A stretch of 64,000 nucleotides of DNA, taken from IMG/VR virus record IMGVR_UViG_3300029288_000056, positions 1 to 64,000 of that record. One strand, given 5' to 3'. A program made the position numbers and the translations under genes. The DNA comes from a virus (Duplodnaviria; Caudoviricetes). This document shows, piece by piece, positions 1-9,869 of the stretch. The number at the start of each line of letters is the position of its first letter. The stretch's first letter is position 1. Under the pieces are notes generated by a model, which was not told where the DNA came from, searched no databases, and saw only the letters and a program-made list of their open reading frames with translations.

Positions 1-32
1 GACGCAGTCTGGCCCACATAAAAGGAGAATAT

Positions 33-281
33 ATGAGCGATATTATTAAAGCACCGTGGACTCCAGAACAGATCACCAAGCTCGAGTCTTTTCAAAAGGA
101 CCATCGCGTTCACCCCTACACTTGTACTGCCGGCCATTCTCACGGCGTCCTCAGGCCCACGACGAACGGGTGGATTTGCGATATTTGCGGCTACCAGCAA
201 GACTGGGTCAGTTCTGCCTGTCTAGATATAATTGAGATCTTGGATAAGGGTGAAATTCTAAAGAAAGTGCTTGACTTTTAA
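33..281 (+). CDS. hypothetical phage protein, Zn-binding motif
   Basis: AGGAG SD upstream; HPYTC...WICDICGY Cys/His pattern. Confidence 0.7.
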   Translation: MSDIIKAPWTPEQITKLESFQKDHRVHPYTCTAGHSHGVLRPTTNGWICDICGYQQDWVSSACLDIIEILDKGEILKKVLDF

Positions 282-299
282 CTGACTTTATGATACGAT
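271..299 (+). promoter_or_regulatory. sigma70-type promoter (class A)
   Basis: TTGACT-17bp-TACGAT with extended TG; same GCTTGACTTT core at 1410, 28746 and 31646. Confidence 0.7.
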
Positions 300-321
300 T
301 TAAATACGATTAAGGATAGTG

Positions 322-392
322 GAAGATGTGGTGTAATCAGGCGCACAGCCGGCATTAGCCGGTGTGTAAGGGTTCAAATCCCTTCGTCGGAA
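322..392 (+). pseudogene. degenerate tRNA-like element
   Basis: canonical T-arm AAGGG-TTCAAAT-CCCTT and D-arm GTGT/GCAC, but only 4 acceptor pairs and no 7-nt anticodon loop. Confidence 0.5.
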
Positions 393-551
393 TCTTGAAT
401 TGATCGGGGAGATAATGGTAAAGAACTTGCTAATCAACCATTATCACAAGGAGGAGAAAAATAGGAACACCGGTTGATCGCGGTTAATCCTAAATTATCT
501 CAGAGCCAATGCGCGAGGCGGGGCGGACAATTGGCCCGATAAAGGAGTTAA

Positions 552-872
552 ATGACATACAACGAACTGAATGATGAGGAGAAGCTGGAGAGACTCGATA
601 GGGTTCGCAGAGCGCGAAACCGCACCGCGAACTACAAGAAGCGAGTCCTGAAGCGGGACGTAACTTGCCGGATGTGTCCTAGTCTGCGGAAGGTCGTTGT
701 TCACCACATCAAGAAGTTAGCTGATTATCCAGAGCTTGAGAAGGACGAACTGAACATGATTGTTCTTTGTAAGAAACATCATCACGTTGTTCATCACGCC
801 AAGCACGAAGATCAGGAATTTTGGGAGAATCTATTGGCGATGATTAACTCGGTTCATACAATGAAGGAGTGA
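552..872 (+). CDS. HNH endonuclease
   Basis: VLKRD..CRMC...VHHIK...NMIVLCKKHH; AGGAG SD. Confidence 0.85.
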   Translation: MTYNELNDEEKLERLDRVRRARNRTANYKKRVLKRDVTCRMCPSLRKVVVHHIKKLADYPELEKDELNMIVLCKKHHHVVHHAKHEDQEFWENLLAMINSVHTMKE

Positions 873-873
873 A

Positions 874-1158
874 ATGCCAGAAATAACTGCCACTGATATT
901 CTAAGGGACGCTGGACTAAGCCAGCTCAAGGATGAGACAATCAAAAAGGCCGAAGAGATTATACGGCTACAGATCGCGGCCAATGAGCTGTTGGGTAAGG
1001 CCGCAATCGGTCTGGCTGCAGCAAAGAGCTGGACCGCAAAGTACGACAAGGGATACACCAAGACGTTACTTGCCAAATACCTAGACGACATGCTTCTAGC
1101 CTACGCGTGGTACGGCAAGATCGACGCTCTTTGGAAGGAGATAAAGGGTGACAACTAG
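874..1158 (+). CDS. hypothetical protein
   Basis: AGGAG SD, abuts HNH gene. Confidence 0.65.
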   Translation: MPEITATDILRDAGLSQLKDETIKKAEEIIRLQIAANELLGKAAIGLAAAKSWTAKYDKGYTKTLLAKYLDDMLLAYAWYGKIDALWKEIKGDN

Positions 1159-1402
1159 GGACGAAATAAGAGGATGGCTCGATGAGGGCGTGGCTAAAGG
1201 CGCGACTCATGTACTGGTAGTATCTGATACCTTTAGTTACGACAACTATCCTGTCTTCGTTATGAAGGGACAGGACGTAAAGGTAGTTAAGGCTGAGCAT
1301 AATTCTGAGTACAGGAGGGATATGCAGCAAGTAATGGAGATTTATAACCTATCCCTAGACTTAGAGTCACAGTTAGGGGAGAGAATGGCGTGGAATTACT
1401 AG
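1148..1402 (+). CDS. hypothetical phage protein
   Basis: AGGAG SD, overlaps upstream gene; VVSDTFSYDNYPVFV motif. Confidence 0.65.
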   Translation: MTTRDEIRGWLDEGVAKGATHVLVVSDTFSYDNYPVFVMKGQDVKVVKAEHNSEYRRDMQQVMEIYNLSLDLESQLGERMAWNY

Positions 1403-1409
1403 AAAAAGC

Positions 1410-1438
1410 TTGACTTTTCGGCCGAAATGTGTTAGAAT
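1410..1438 (+). promoter_or_regulatory. sigma70-type promoter (class A)
   Basis: TTGACT-17bp-TAGAAT upstream of the 1466 gene. Confidence 0.75.
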
Positions 1439-1465
1439 TACTCAAACTCAAAAAGGAGAGTTAAA

Positions 1466-1996
1466 ATGAGAATAATAATGATGATTTTGTGCTTGGTGAC
1501 GTTGGGATTATGTGCGTTTAACCATTATGATGGTGGCGATAACTGGTACACTATCACTCCAACAAATGAACGAATAGGTGAGTGTTTTCCAACGGGTATA
1601 TCAGAACTGCATATAACTAATGTTTCATTAAGGTTAGATGGAGACAGTGCATTTAACTTTAAGTTACAAATAACCTACATGACTGATGGACATCCCGGTG
1701 GAGAAATTTGGATTAATAATAACGCTTGGAATCCCGGAACCGGAGAGTGGTACCCTTATCTAACCGATGTAACGCTTCCGCCTGCTGCAAATGGTGATTT
1801 TGCAATTGTACTTTGGTATTCGAATCAAGAATTCCTAGTAGCACACGATACTGAACCCGAAAGTCCATGTTTCAGTTGGTTCCATTTAAATACTGGGGAT
1901 TGGTCTGAGTATGATGGTGATTTTGCGATTATGGTTAATAGTGGCGTCCCAGTTGAACCTACTTCCATAGGTAATATCAAAGCCACGTATCATTAG
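1466..1996 (+). CDS. secreted protein with C-terminal VEPTSIGNIKATYH motif
   Basis: N-terminal Sec-type signal peptide; C-terminus resembles that of 28827..29537. Confidence 0.75.
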   Translation: MRIIMMILCLVTLGLCAFNHYDGGDNWYTITPTNERIGECFPTGISELHITNVSLRLDGDSAFNFKLQITYMTDGHPGGEIWINNNAWNPGTGEWYPYLTDVTLPPAANGDFAIVLWYSNQEFLVAHDTEPESPCFSWFHLNTGDWSEYDGDFAIMVNSGVPVEPTSIGNIKATYH

Positions 1997-2011
1997 TCTG
2001 ATATTAAAATT

Positions 2012-2034
2012 AAAGCCCCAAATTGGGGCTTTTT
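2012..2034. terminator. bidirectional intrinsic terminator
   Basis: AAAGCCCCA-AAT-TGGGGCTTT(T) between convergent genes. Confidence 0.8.
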
Positions 2035-4167
2035 CTATTTGATAACGAATACGTCCATAACGCCTATAGGTGTAGTACCCGGTGTTCCCGATGACGCAGA
2101 AAGACATTGTTGTTGTATTCTTGCGCCGTAAATATTGGTGGCCAATGTGAGCGCAACTATCGTAGGTGATGTGGAGTCGTGGTCAAAACTGGCTGATGTT
2201 ACTCCAAATTTATCGGGATTATTTATCGCTAGAACATGTGGAACAGTCGTAACTGACCCATTGACGACAAGTTGCCATTCATCATAATCACCAACAGGTG
2301 CGGCCGCATTTTGAATATTTTGTCTAATTGCTATAATTGTACCTTCCACGGCAGGGCCAGTGTTCGCGGTTCCAGTTACAGTGCCATAGTCCAAAAATGC
2401 GTTAGTTATAACCGCAGCCTTGTCTGCACCCATAATCGTTACTTGCTTGTGATAATCTCCCGGATACCAAGCCATTGGAGTATCACCAATCTTAGCGATA
2501 CATTTACTTATATAGACTTGGAAAAAGTCAGCACTTCCAGCATCATTTTCTATTCCGACTCTAACCCATGTGGCTGCGGCATCAATTGTGGTAGTTACGT
2601 AAAAGAAAGTTGCCGCAGCAGGAGGCGTAAACGTCTCTTTGGTTTTGCCAATAACATCGTCTTCAATGTAAATTGTCATTTGATCTGCACCGGGAGTTGC
2701 GTGCGCTTTCACTTCTATACCAAAGGTGATGATAGAACCCTGAAATCTTTTTGCTGTCTCTGGTGTAGGTGCAATACAGTCATTCCACACGTCATCCATA
2801 TTCCCTTGTTTTAATAACCAAGCAAATGTTCCACCTTTCGCGTTCGCTGTATCGCGGCTAGAAGCGGTTAATATACCAGTAGAACCTGTTACCCATGATA
2901 ATGGGTAGTAGATGAGATCAGCACTGCCCCCGCTATATGGAGGATAAAACATACTAAAGTCCCCATTCAGCATAAGGTTCTTATACACATTCGCAAAATT
3001 ATCGCGGGTTTCCCATTCTGTACTTGACTCTATGTACCTAATCGGTAGAACACCACCACAAAGCATCGCCTCATCCACATAGAACGTGTCGGCCGCCGTA
3101 CTTAGAATTGAAAGTGTAACTTCGGTTACTGCTGTATTTAATAGGAACGTTCCGGTTATGTAACTCCACGCTCCAGCAGTAACGGTTTTAGTATTTGTTT
3201 GAGTAGAAAATCCGTCGTAGATTGTAACCTTGATTGAGGTCAAAGACGAGTACACGAAAGCAGAATATGCTACGTTCTGACCGCCCTTTAAAGACCTCAG
3301 ATTGTAAGCAGAAACACTAAACTTCATTCCCTGATCTGCACCGGAGGCTACGACTTTGGCGGAATAAGTTCCAGAGACCTTAGTACCGGTATCACGGCTT
3401 AGAACGCCGGCCGCAACAGGAACCCACCCTAAAGGATAGCCCTTCGCGTCAGCATACTCCATGCCACCGTTTACATAGTTAATCGCTTTAAGATTAGCAA
3501 GAGCCTCGGTTGCTAGGTTTGATTCTTTGATGACTTTTGCTCCATGAACACCAGTTCCATAAACGTGTTCTGCATATAAGTCGTCGTCAAAGGTATCTAT
3601 AATCGTATTGAGATCGTCGGTCGCTAAAAAGTGAGTTGTCGCTGCTTTTAATGGAATATCTGATGCACCAACTGCATTTGTCAGAATTCCGAACGCGATA
3701 CTTCCTTTTCCGATCTTGAAACCCGGAGGTGCTTGTGTAACTCGGATATAGAAAGTCGTAGAGTTTTTAAGCGTATTGTAGTCTGCAACGGTGGATCCCG
3801 CAATAAGGTCAGTGTCGTCTATGGCGATTATATCGTCCGCCGGCGCAGTACTCCACCAAATATTTCCGCTCGCCGAATCAAAGGCGTAGATCTCATAGCC
3901 TGAGTTAGCCATACCCTGCGAGTACTTAACATTAGAAACATCACTAATTGAGTTTTGCACATAGATCCTCAACTCGCCCGCCGTCGTGCCAGCATCTCTA
4001 CAGTCTAAGCCGTGAGCGAAGTAATAAAAGATTCTCTCGTTTGTGATGTCAAAGCAGTTCGCAATGTTCTTTGGGCCATCAACCCTTTTGTCCGCGTTTT
4101 CCCCTTCATTTTCAATCATGTTGTCTTCAGGGAAGACTAGTGCACGGTCTCTATCAAAATAACTCAT
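2035..4167 (-). CDS. tail fibre / receptor-binding protein with carbohydrate-binding-like modules
   Basis: last gene of tail module; two repeats opening NYVNGGME / NLMLNGDF with W..G..SRDT, typical of CBM-like jelly rolls. Confidence 0.65.
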   Translation of the reverse strand: MSYFDRDRALVFPEDNMIENEGENADKRVDGPKNIANCFDITNERIFYYFAHGLDCRDAGTTAGELRIYVQNSISDVSNVKYSQGMANSGYEIYAFDSASGNIWWSTAPADDIIAIDDTDLIAGSTVADYNTLKNSTTFYIRVTQAPPGFKIGKGSIAFGILTNAVGASDIPLKAATTHFLATDDLNTIIDTFDDDLYAEHVYGTGVHGAKVIKESNLATEALANLKAINYVNGGMEYADAKGYPLGWVPVAAGVLSRDTGTKVSGTYSAKVVASGADQGMKFSVSAYNLRSLKGGQNVAYSAFVYSSLTSIKVTIYDGFSTQTNTKTVTAGAWSYITGTFLLNTAVTEVTLSILSTAADTFYVDEAMLCGGVLPIRYIESSTEWETRDNFANVYKNLMLNGDFSMFYPPYSGGSADLIYYPLSWVTGSTGILTASSRDTANAKGGTFAWLLKQGNMDDVWNDCIAPTPETAKRFQGSIITFGIEVKAHATPGADQMTIYIEDDVIGKTKETFTPPAAATFFYVTTTIDAAATWVRVGIENDAGSADFFQVYISKCIAKIGDTPMAWYPGDYHKQVTIMGADKAAVITNAFLDYGTVTGTANTGPAVEGTIIAIRQNIQNAAAPVGDYDEWQLVVNGSVTTVPHVLAINNPDKFGVTSASFDHDSTSPTIVALTLATNIYGARIQQQCLSASSGTPGTTPIGVMDVFVIK

Positions 4168-4169
4168 AG

Positions 4170-4595
4170 TTAATCTCCTTTTTGTTTAATAATTTCGTTC
4201 AAAGCCTCTACCAGTGTGTCGCCGTGGCCCATTTCAAAGTGCTTACCACTTATTGCGCGAGAGCAAAGGATATGGTACTTATCGTCCATAACCCTTTCTT
4301 CGTCACCCATAAGGCTTTGGGGAAACGGGGTGACCAAAATGAACTCCATATCGCTAGTTAGCCAATCATTTTCGTCCAATAAACGGGCGAACTCTACCTC
4401 ATCTTCACCGCAACTATAGTCAAACTCTCGAATCAACTCAACGAACGGTCTCTCACCTTTGACACTCCAAAAGAATCTTTCGTCAGATTTGTCTGCCTCT
4501 GTTAGAGGAATGCCGCATTTACTGATGCTTCGAAGGTTAGGTTGAAAGAAAAATCCAACCGCACAAGCACATCTTGTAAAATAATTTTTTAACAT
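4170..4595 (-). CDS. hypothetical protein
   Basis: start reassigned to ATG at 4595 (GGGAG SD), which removes the overlap with the upstream gene. Confidence 0.5.
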   Translation of the reverse strand: MLKNYFTRCACAVGFFFQPNLRSISKCGIPLTEADKSDERFFWSVKGERPFVELIREFDYSCGEDEVEFARLLDENDWLTSDMEFILVTPFPQSLMGDEERVMDDKYHILCSRAISGKHFEMGHGDTLVEALNEIIKQKGD

Positions 4596-4597
4596 AA

Positions 4598-5890
4598 CTA
4601 TCTCCCGTTTGCTAGGAACAAAGATTCTGGTGAAGCCAGTATCGGAGGCAGAGGAGTCTGCAACGGACTGGCAAAAATATCTTCTATTTGTGCTGAGTAG
4701 TGAGCAATCCACGGTACGTCCACTGTCGTGTCGTAGTCGCTGCTTACACCGGTTAATGAACAAAGGTCTAAAAGTTTTCCATAAACATTGGTACTTGCGC
4801 CGGCCAACATACCAGCCATTCCTGTCGTAAAGGTGCTGTCAGTTGCGTCTCCGATATAGTTCCGCCTCGTATAGACAGATGCGATACCGGGTTTGATTTC
4901 TCTTTTCTTTGCCTTTACTCTAATATGATCGTCTTCAAATTCAGCCTGTAATTCAATCCACATACCTGTTGCGAGTGTAAAGTGATAATCATCCAAGTCG
5001 TATGTTTTCAGAGTAGTCGTAACAGTGGCAACGGTCTTTTTAATAGTCAATAGATTGGTGGCTAAGTCTACTTGAATGGAATAGTAGTTACTATTATCCG
5101 TTACTCTAAACATCAGCCCCGCCACTCCGGTTACAGAACCGGACTGGAAAACAAAAGCGCACTGAGCAACGCCATCCGCTACCGGACTCATATTTAAATG
5201 ACATCTTTCGTTACTATTCAAGTACATCGCCCTCTCAAGAACCGTATCAACGATAACATTCTGAATCTCAGAAGTACCAGAATAAACGAATTGAGCCGGT
5301 ACATCACCGGGTCTAAATTCGTCAAACCCCCAAGGGCATCCGGTAGCGGCGTATTGAAAGATTCCATCGTCGCCCGCTAAGTAGGTCTTCGCCGTGTCAG
5401 AGTAGTGAGAAATATAGGGATTGTCCGCTACAGTTACATTGCTTGTGTAGACGTCAATTCCTTCAAAAACCATTTTAATTGTGTGGGCAACCGCCTTGCC
5501 CGCCATCCATCCCAATGTGTAGTTTCCCGTCACCTTGCAGCGAAACCATCGGTTAGGGCAGTCGTTGTGTGGAATGACGTAAACCGGTTCTGGATGAGTA
5601 GCTGCCCATGTGGCTAACTCTTTGAGTGTTACAAGGTAGTCACGGGTGAAGGCGGGGATATTCACATCGTAGCTTATTCTCCAACCCACAACGTCGAGTC
5701 TGCGTTTATGGCTCAAGGTCTCTTGATCTATGCGGCCAACGGCTTCCCAATTTTCTATAATGGGGTTCTCGGTCGTGTAAGTGGTGTAAGGCGGGAAAAC
5801 GAAAGTTCTCCATCTTTTCCCCGTCCACACCCGGACCTCAAAGTTACCGGTTCCGTCGTGGACTAAGTCGTCCATTGTAAGTGCTGTCAT
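4598..5890 (-). CDS. distal tail-like protein with lectin-like C-terminal domain
   Basis: tail-module position; beta-rich AGLMFRVTDNSNYY...DSTFTTGMAG segment. Confidence 0.55.
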   Translation of the reverse strand: MTALTMDDLVHDGTGNFEVRVWTGKRWRTFVFPPYTTYTTENPIIENWEAVGRIDQETLSHKRRLDVVGWRISYDVNIPAFTRDYLVTLKELATWAATHPEPVYVIPHNDCPNRWFRCKVTGNYTLGWMAGKAVAHTIKMVFEGIDVYTSNVTVADNPYISHYSDTAKTYLAGDDGIFQYAATGCPWGFDEFRPGDVPAQFVYSGTSEIQNVIVDTVLERAMYLNSNERCHLNMSPVADGVAQCAFVFQSGSVTGVAGLMFRVTDNSNYYSIQVDLATNLLTIKKTVATVTTTLKTYDLDDYHFTLATGMWIELQAEFEDDHIRVKAKKREIKPGIASVYTRRNYIGDATDSTFTTGMAGMLAGASTNVYGKLLDLCSLTGVSSDYDTTVDVPWIAHYSAQIEDIFASPLQTPLPPILASPESLFLANGR

Positions 5891-8800
5891 GAGCGCTTCC
5901 TAAGTTTTAAAGTGTACATCTGTTGAGGGCTATCTATTGAGACCTCGATTATTTGGGTTATAATTGAACCCACCTCCGGATAAGTCAGGACGACGTAGTC
6001 CATAACTCTATATATTCGGTCCATAACTACTTTCACAGAGATCGTCTGCCCTTTGTCAAGATCTCGATATATATCGGCGATTATTTGCGCGTGTTCTCTG
6101 CTGTAAATGAAGTCAGAGCTAATACTACGAGTGTTTCTTCTTGCGGTTCCAGAACGGACTTTACCGTTCTTATAAGTTAAGTCCACCGTATCAACAGCAA
6201 GAGTTCCGTCGTGCTGCGGAGTCGGTAAGTAGATTGTGTCCGGAGTGAGGTAATGTGTATTGTAATACCCGGACAGATCTCGCGGTTTAAAAACGAGCTT
6301 GTTGTCGGGGGTAAAGTCTACAATACAATTGAAGGCTTGTGCTAATCCACCTAACGTGCTTGGAAGGTTATTACTAACGTTCATTTCCTCTATGTGATTC
6401 GTGTGCTGTGTTCCGAACTTTGCCACAAACCCACTGGGGTAGGTGGTACTCCAAAGATTGTTACTTTCGTCTGCCACAATATTTGAATTTAGCCCTAATT
6501 CCTTTACCTTCACAACACTGACTAACTCCGCGTACCCATTGGGATAGTCAGTAGTTGGAGTGGAGTCGTAGCGGTACCACTTGCCCGTTCCAAATTCACA
6601 CGCGTACAATTCTCCGCCTACCTTGGCAAAATGGCTTATGTAGCAATTGTCATCGTAGTACTCGTAGTCTACATAAACGTTCTGTTCAACCATATCACTC
6701 GAAAAGATCAAGCGCGCTTCCTTACCCTTATCACCCTCGCCCGCAATTAAATAAACTTGACCCTGAGGTGGTGCAATTAACGTGGTGTAGGAGTAGTAGT
6801 CATAGTAGACTACCTCGAGCTCGGAGAAGTTTGAGAGATACACAGTTATAACAGGATCTCCGTTAGAGTCTAATTTTGGTGAACCATCAGGTAGCTTAAC
6901 TTGCCAGACGATTCCCACGTTTGTATCATCAGACACTTCTGAGTTGGATTGCTGGCCCGTCGTAACGTTATCTACGCGAAACTTTTCTGTCTTAAATTCC
7001 TTACCCTGAGGCTTTTTAGAATCAAGTTCCTCAACTTCTTTACCTTCCTCAATCCCATAAGTAGAGCGAGTACAGGTGTGAACCGGGACAGCCAAGACGG
7101 AGCCGTTTCTAAAGATTAGCCAACGGTTTTTTCTCTCAAACCCGGACATCTTCTTAACGAGTTTGTTTGGAAGAACATCTGAACGCCCCGGGTGGCTTCG
7201 TATATTGTAGTACGGCAAGACCCTGAGCATCTTATAATTTCTTGTTCCGCCTGTAGGTTGTAGTGGGGTCTGCTCTGCTGGTGGCGGCGGAATTGCCAAT
7301 GGGTTAGTCGGAACTAACGTGGTTAGATCTCTTCTTATATCCTGTGCGCTCTCACACCATAACCACAAAGTATCGGGTGTCGTCACGTTTCCGTCGTTAT
7401 CAGTGTTCCACAGTTTAATAATGTCTTTTGAACCCACGTCCCCACCGCCGCTAAGGCAGTAAAGATCCATTGAGGTGTATGCGCGAATATATTGACCAAC
7501 ACCCACTAGATCTGCGACTCCCGGATCATACATGTATTTCACTATAAGGCCTTGTGATATCCAGACTGGGCTCACTGTAGTTATTGCCATGTGAATGTCG
7601 TTATTAAAATAAGCAGTCGCAGTTCCAATGTAACCGTCTTCCCCATTAGTAAGACCTACATAAGCAGGATCTGTCGGGTTATATACATAGAGACGGTTTG
7701 GCCCTCTCCAGATTTCAACTGCGGACGTTAAATAAGATATCGGCATATAGTGAGTTGTCATGTTTTTACTGGCGGGTATGTTCGTTATCGCCCTCGTGAC
7801 CAGTCTTACCCCGTTGTAGTCTTCGCCAACGATACGAGTGATCATTCCTATGTTTTGCATCGTGTTGATGTCAGTAACTTCCATATCAACGTTACTGTCG
7901 TGGATTACTTCGTCAGTTAGGTGATTGATAACTTTTTCTCCTCCGCCCTCAACTTCGGCACTTTCGTCGTATCCAAATCCTAAAGGAGACTTCGGCGTAC
8001 AAGCGGCGGCATGTTTTGTAACAGTGAAAAGGTTTGCCCCCAAGTCAAACCAAAATCTTGGTTTCTCGAATGTTAGTTGGAAAAAGGCAGAGCAAATATT
8101 TCCATAGTCTTCATAAGAGGTGTCCCCCGTAGATATGGGCGCTTGCGTGAATGAGTCTCCTTGAGACCCGGCCGCCCACCAGCCAGTCGGGACTTTACAG
8201 GGAAGATCGAACTTCCACCTGTTTGGAAACCACTCGTTAGACATTCCCCAAATACCTGCCCGTCTATAAAGTTTGACTGGGAAACGTTCTCTACCAGACA
8301 AGTCGGTCGCGTCAGAGGGTGTCGTATACTCCACGTTAACCCACGTATCCTCCGGAATAAAGAAGTTTGGTGAACAAGCATCTTGTTCGTAAAGGATTGT
8401 AAGCCAGTCTCCCGGAACCGCAGTCGATCCACCATCACTTTGCCAGTTTGCCACCATTTGAGAACTTGTAGTTAGTGAGTTGTAGTGGATTGAGTTGTTC
8501 TCGCGTTTATTTGACTGAATCACGTACCCAAGATCGTAGGTCTTTGTGTAATGAATGGAGCCGGGAGGACTACCATTAAAGATTTCTATTAGTGTTCCCG
8601 CTGGAACCGTAAAGTCTTCATAGCTCTCTATTTCAAGCCTCACTATCCCATCATTGCCTGTCACCGAGTATGCGCGTGGGCGATTCAAACCAAGTGTACC
8701 ATACAACCTATACCGAGCAGCGTTATGATTCCACACCCCGTAGTTAAGGATCTTATCGGGTCTCCCTAATACGTTTCCGACAGAAGTAGTCGCTATGGTG

Positions 8801-8913
8801 TAAGTGTAGTGAGTCGTCCCGTCCCATCCCTGTCCGTCGTAGTAGATGTCCCGCGATTTGAGACGCGCGCCATGATGCATATACCTCTGTTCTCCGATAA
8901 TACTTATACTCAC
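5887..8913 (-). CDS. tail tip / hub protein
   Basis: 1008 aa downstream of tape measure; hub-like C-terminus (LAQAFNCIVDFTPDNKLVFKPR...). Confidence 0.6.
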   Translation of the reverse strand: MSISIIGEQRYMHHGARLKSRDIYYDGQGWDGTTHYTYTIATTSVGNVLGRPDKILNYGVWNHNAARYRLYGTLGLNRPRAYSVTGNDGIVRLEIESYEDFTVPAGTLIEIFNGSPPGSIHYTKTYDLGYVIQSNKRENNSIHYNSLTTSSQMVANWQSDGGSTAVPGDWLTILYEQDACSPNFFIPEDTWVNVEYTTPSDATDLSGRERFPVKLYRRAGIWGMSNEWFPNRWKFDLPCKVPTGWWAAGSQGDSFTQAPISTGDTSYEDYGNICSAFFQLTFEKPRFWFDLGANLFTVTKHAAACTPKSPLGFGYDESAEVEGGGEKVINHLTDEVIHDSNVDMEVTDINTMQNIGMITRIVGEDYNGVRLVTRAITNIPASKNMTTHYMPISYLTSAVEIWRGPNRLYVYNPTDPAYVGLTNGEDGYIGTATAYFNNDIHMAITTVSPVWISQGLIVKYMYDPGVADLVGVGQYIRAYTSMDLYCLSGGGDVGSKDIIKLWNTDNDGNVTTPDTLWLWCESAQDIRRDLTTLVPTNPLAIPPPPAEQTPLQPTGGTRNYKMLRVLPYYNIRSHPGRSDVLPNKLVKKMSGFERKNRWLIFRNGSVLAVPVHTCTRSTYGIEEGKEVEELDSKKPQGKEFKTEKFRVDNVTTGQQSNSEVSDDTNVGIVWQVKLPDGSPKLDSNGDPVITVYLSNFSELEVVYYDYYSYTTLIAPPQGQVYLIAGEGDKGKEARLIFSSDMVEQNVYVDYEYYDDNCYISHFAKVGGELYACEFGTGKWYRYDSTPTTDYPNGYAELVSVVKVKELGLNSNIVADESNNLWSTTYPSGFVAKFGTQHTNHIEEMNVSNNLPSTLGGLAQAFNCIVDFTPDNKLVFKPRDLSGYYNTHYLTPDTIYLPTPQHDGTLAVDTVDLTYKNGKVRSGTARRNTRSISSDFIYSREHAQIIADIYRDLDKGQTISVKVVMDRIYRVMDYVVLTYPEVGSIITQIIEVSIDSPQQMYTLKLRKRS

Positions 8914-9869
8914 AGCGTCACCTCAATAACAGCACATTTAAACATTAATAATGATCTGTCCTCACCGGCAGTTGGCCGCATATCTGTCCTAATCAAGAGC
9001 CTTAGTTTTGGACCCGCTACATAAGCCATGGACTCTATCCTAAACCCGCTGGCATTTGCCCATCCCAACTGAGTTGAAGATGAGGTCGTACCCCCAACGA
9101 CGGCGACTAGATTCGCAACCATCGCCCATTTGTCTGTTGAAGGAGTGTAGCTCATTACAAATTTGTCTATTGCGGTAAAGATCTTTCCCGCACCGTAGGC
9201 TATGCAGTAAGGCTTCAAAACTGGCTCCGCAGCCGGAGGATCGGGAAGATTATTGTCTTCGTAAGCCCAACGTCGTTCTGGTTTCTGAATATAAGACCAG
9301 AAGGGCTCGGTGGCAATCAGCGTTGGTAACGTAACGTCGAAATTGTGATTTTGAATGTTAGCTAAGGTCTTGATGTCGTTTAAGATCCTATAGAGAGAAC
9401 GGTTTAAATAAATTGCACCATTGTCTGTCAGATCCGTAAGATCATCAAAGGAGTTAAGCCGGGCAATACCTGAGTGAAACCGCATCTGTACTACGTCGTT
9501 TTGCGCGTCAACGTTCCACGTATCCATAACACCGTGATCTAAGATGAACTCTTGATTAGTACGGGTCAGTCTTCCGCATATTAGGCAGTGAACTTCAGAG
9601 TTTTGATTCAATCCGCTTAGAAAGCCACCTTCCCTATCGTGTAGCCACGTAGAAACGGTCGGTTCAAGACGGTCTGAATTCCCGATATTGATTGTAAACC
9701 CGCCACAAACGACTTCGCCAGCATAATCCTCTACCGACTTAGTGAATTCGGTTATCGAAATGATCTCGTCAGGGCTTACCTCTCTGGTCTTATATAGATC
9801 ACGAGACATTGTTGCCGTCACATCTGGCTTAGCTAGAATTGCGCGCGTGTATATGAAAAGGCTTTCCAC
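8910..9869 (-). CDS. minor tail protein
   Basis: immediately downstream of tape measure, translationally coupled. Confidence 0.55.
   Translation of the reverse strand: MESLFIYTRAILAKPDVTATMSRDLYKTREVSPDEIISITEFTKSVEDYAGEVVCGGFTINIGNSDRLEPTVSTWLHDREGGFLSGLNQNSEVHCLICGRLTRTNQEFILDHGVMDTWNVDAQNDVVQMRFHSGIARLNSFDDLTDLTDNGAIYLNRSLYRILNDIKTLANIQNHNFDVTLPTLIATEPFWSYIQKPERRWAYEDNNLPDPPAAEPVLKPYCIAYGAGKIFTAIDKFVMSYTPSTDKWAMVANLVAVVGGTTSSSTQLGWANASGFRIESMAYVAGPKLRLLIRTDMRPTAGEDRSLLMFKCAVIEVTL

Noticed and set aside
2035-8913. Diversity-generating retroelement acting on the tail fibre
   Set aside because: No reverse transcriptase and no TR/VR repeat pair seen in this window.
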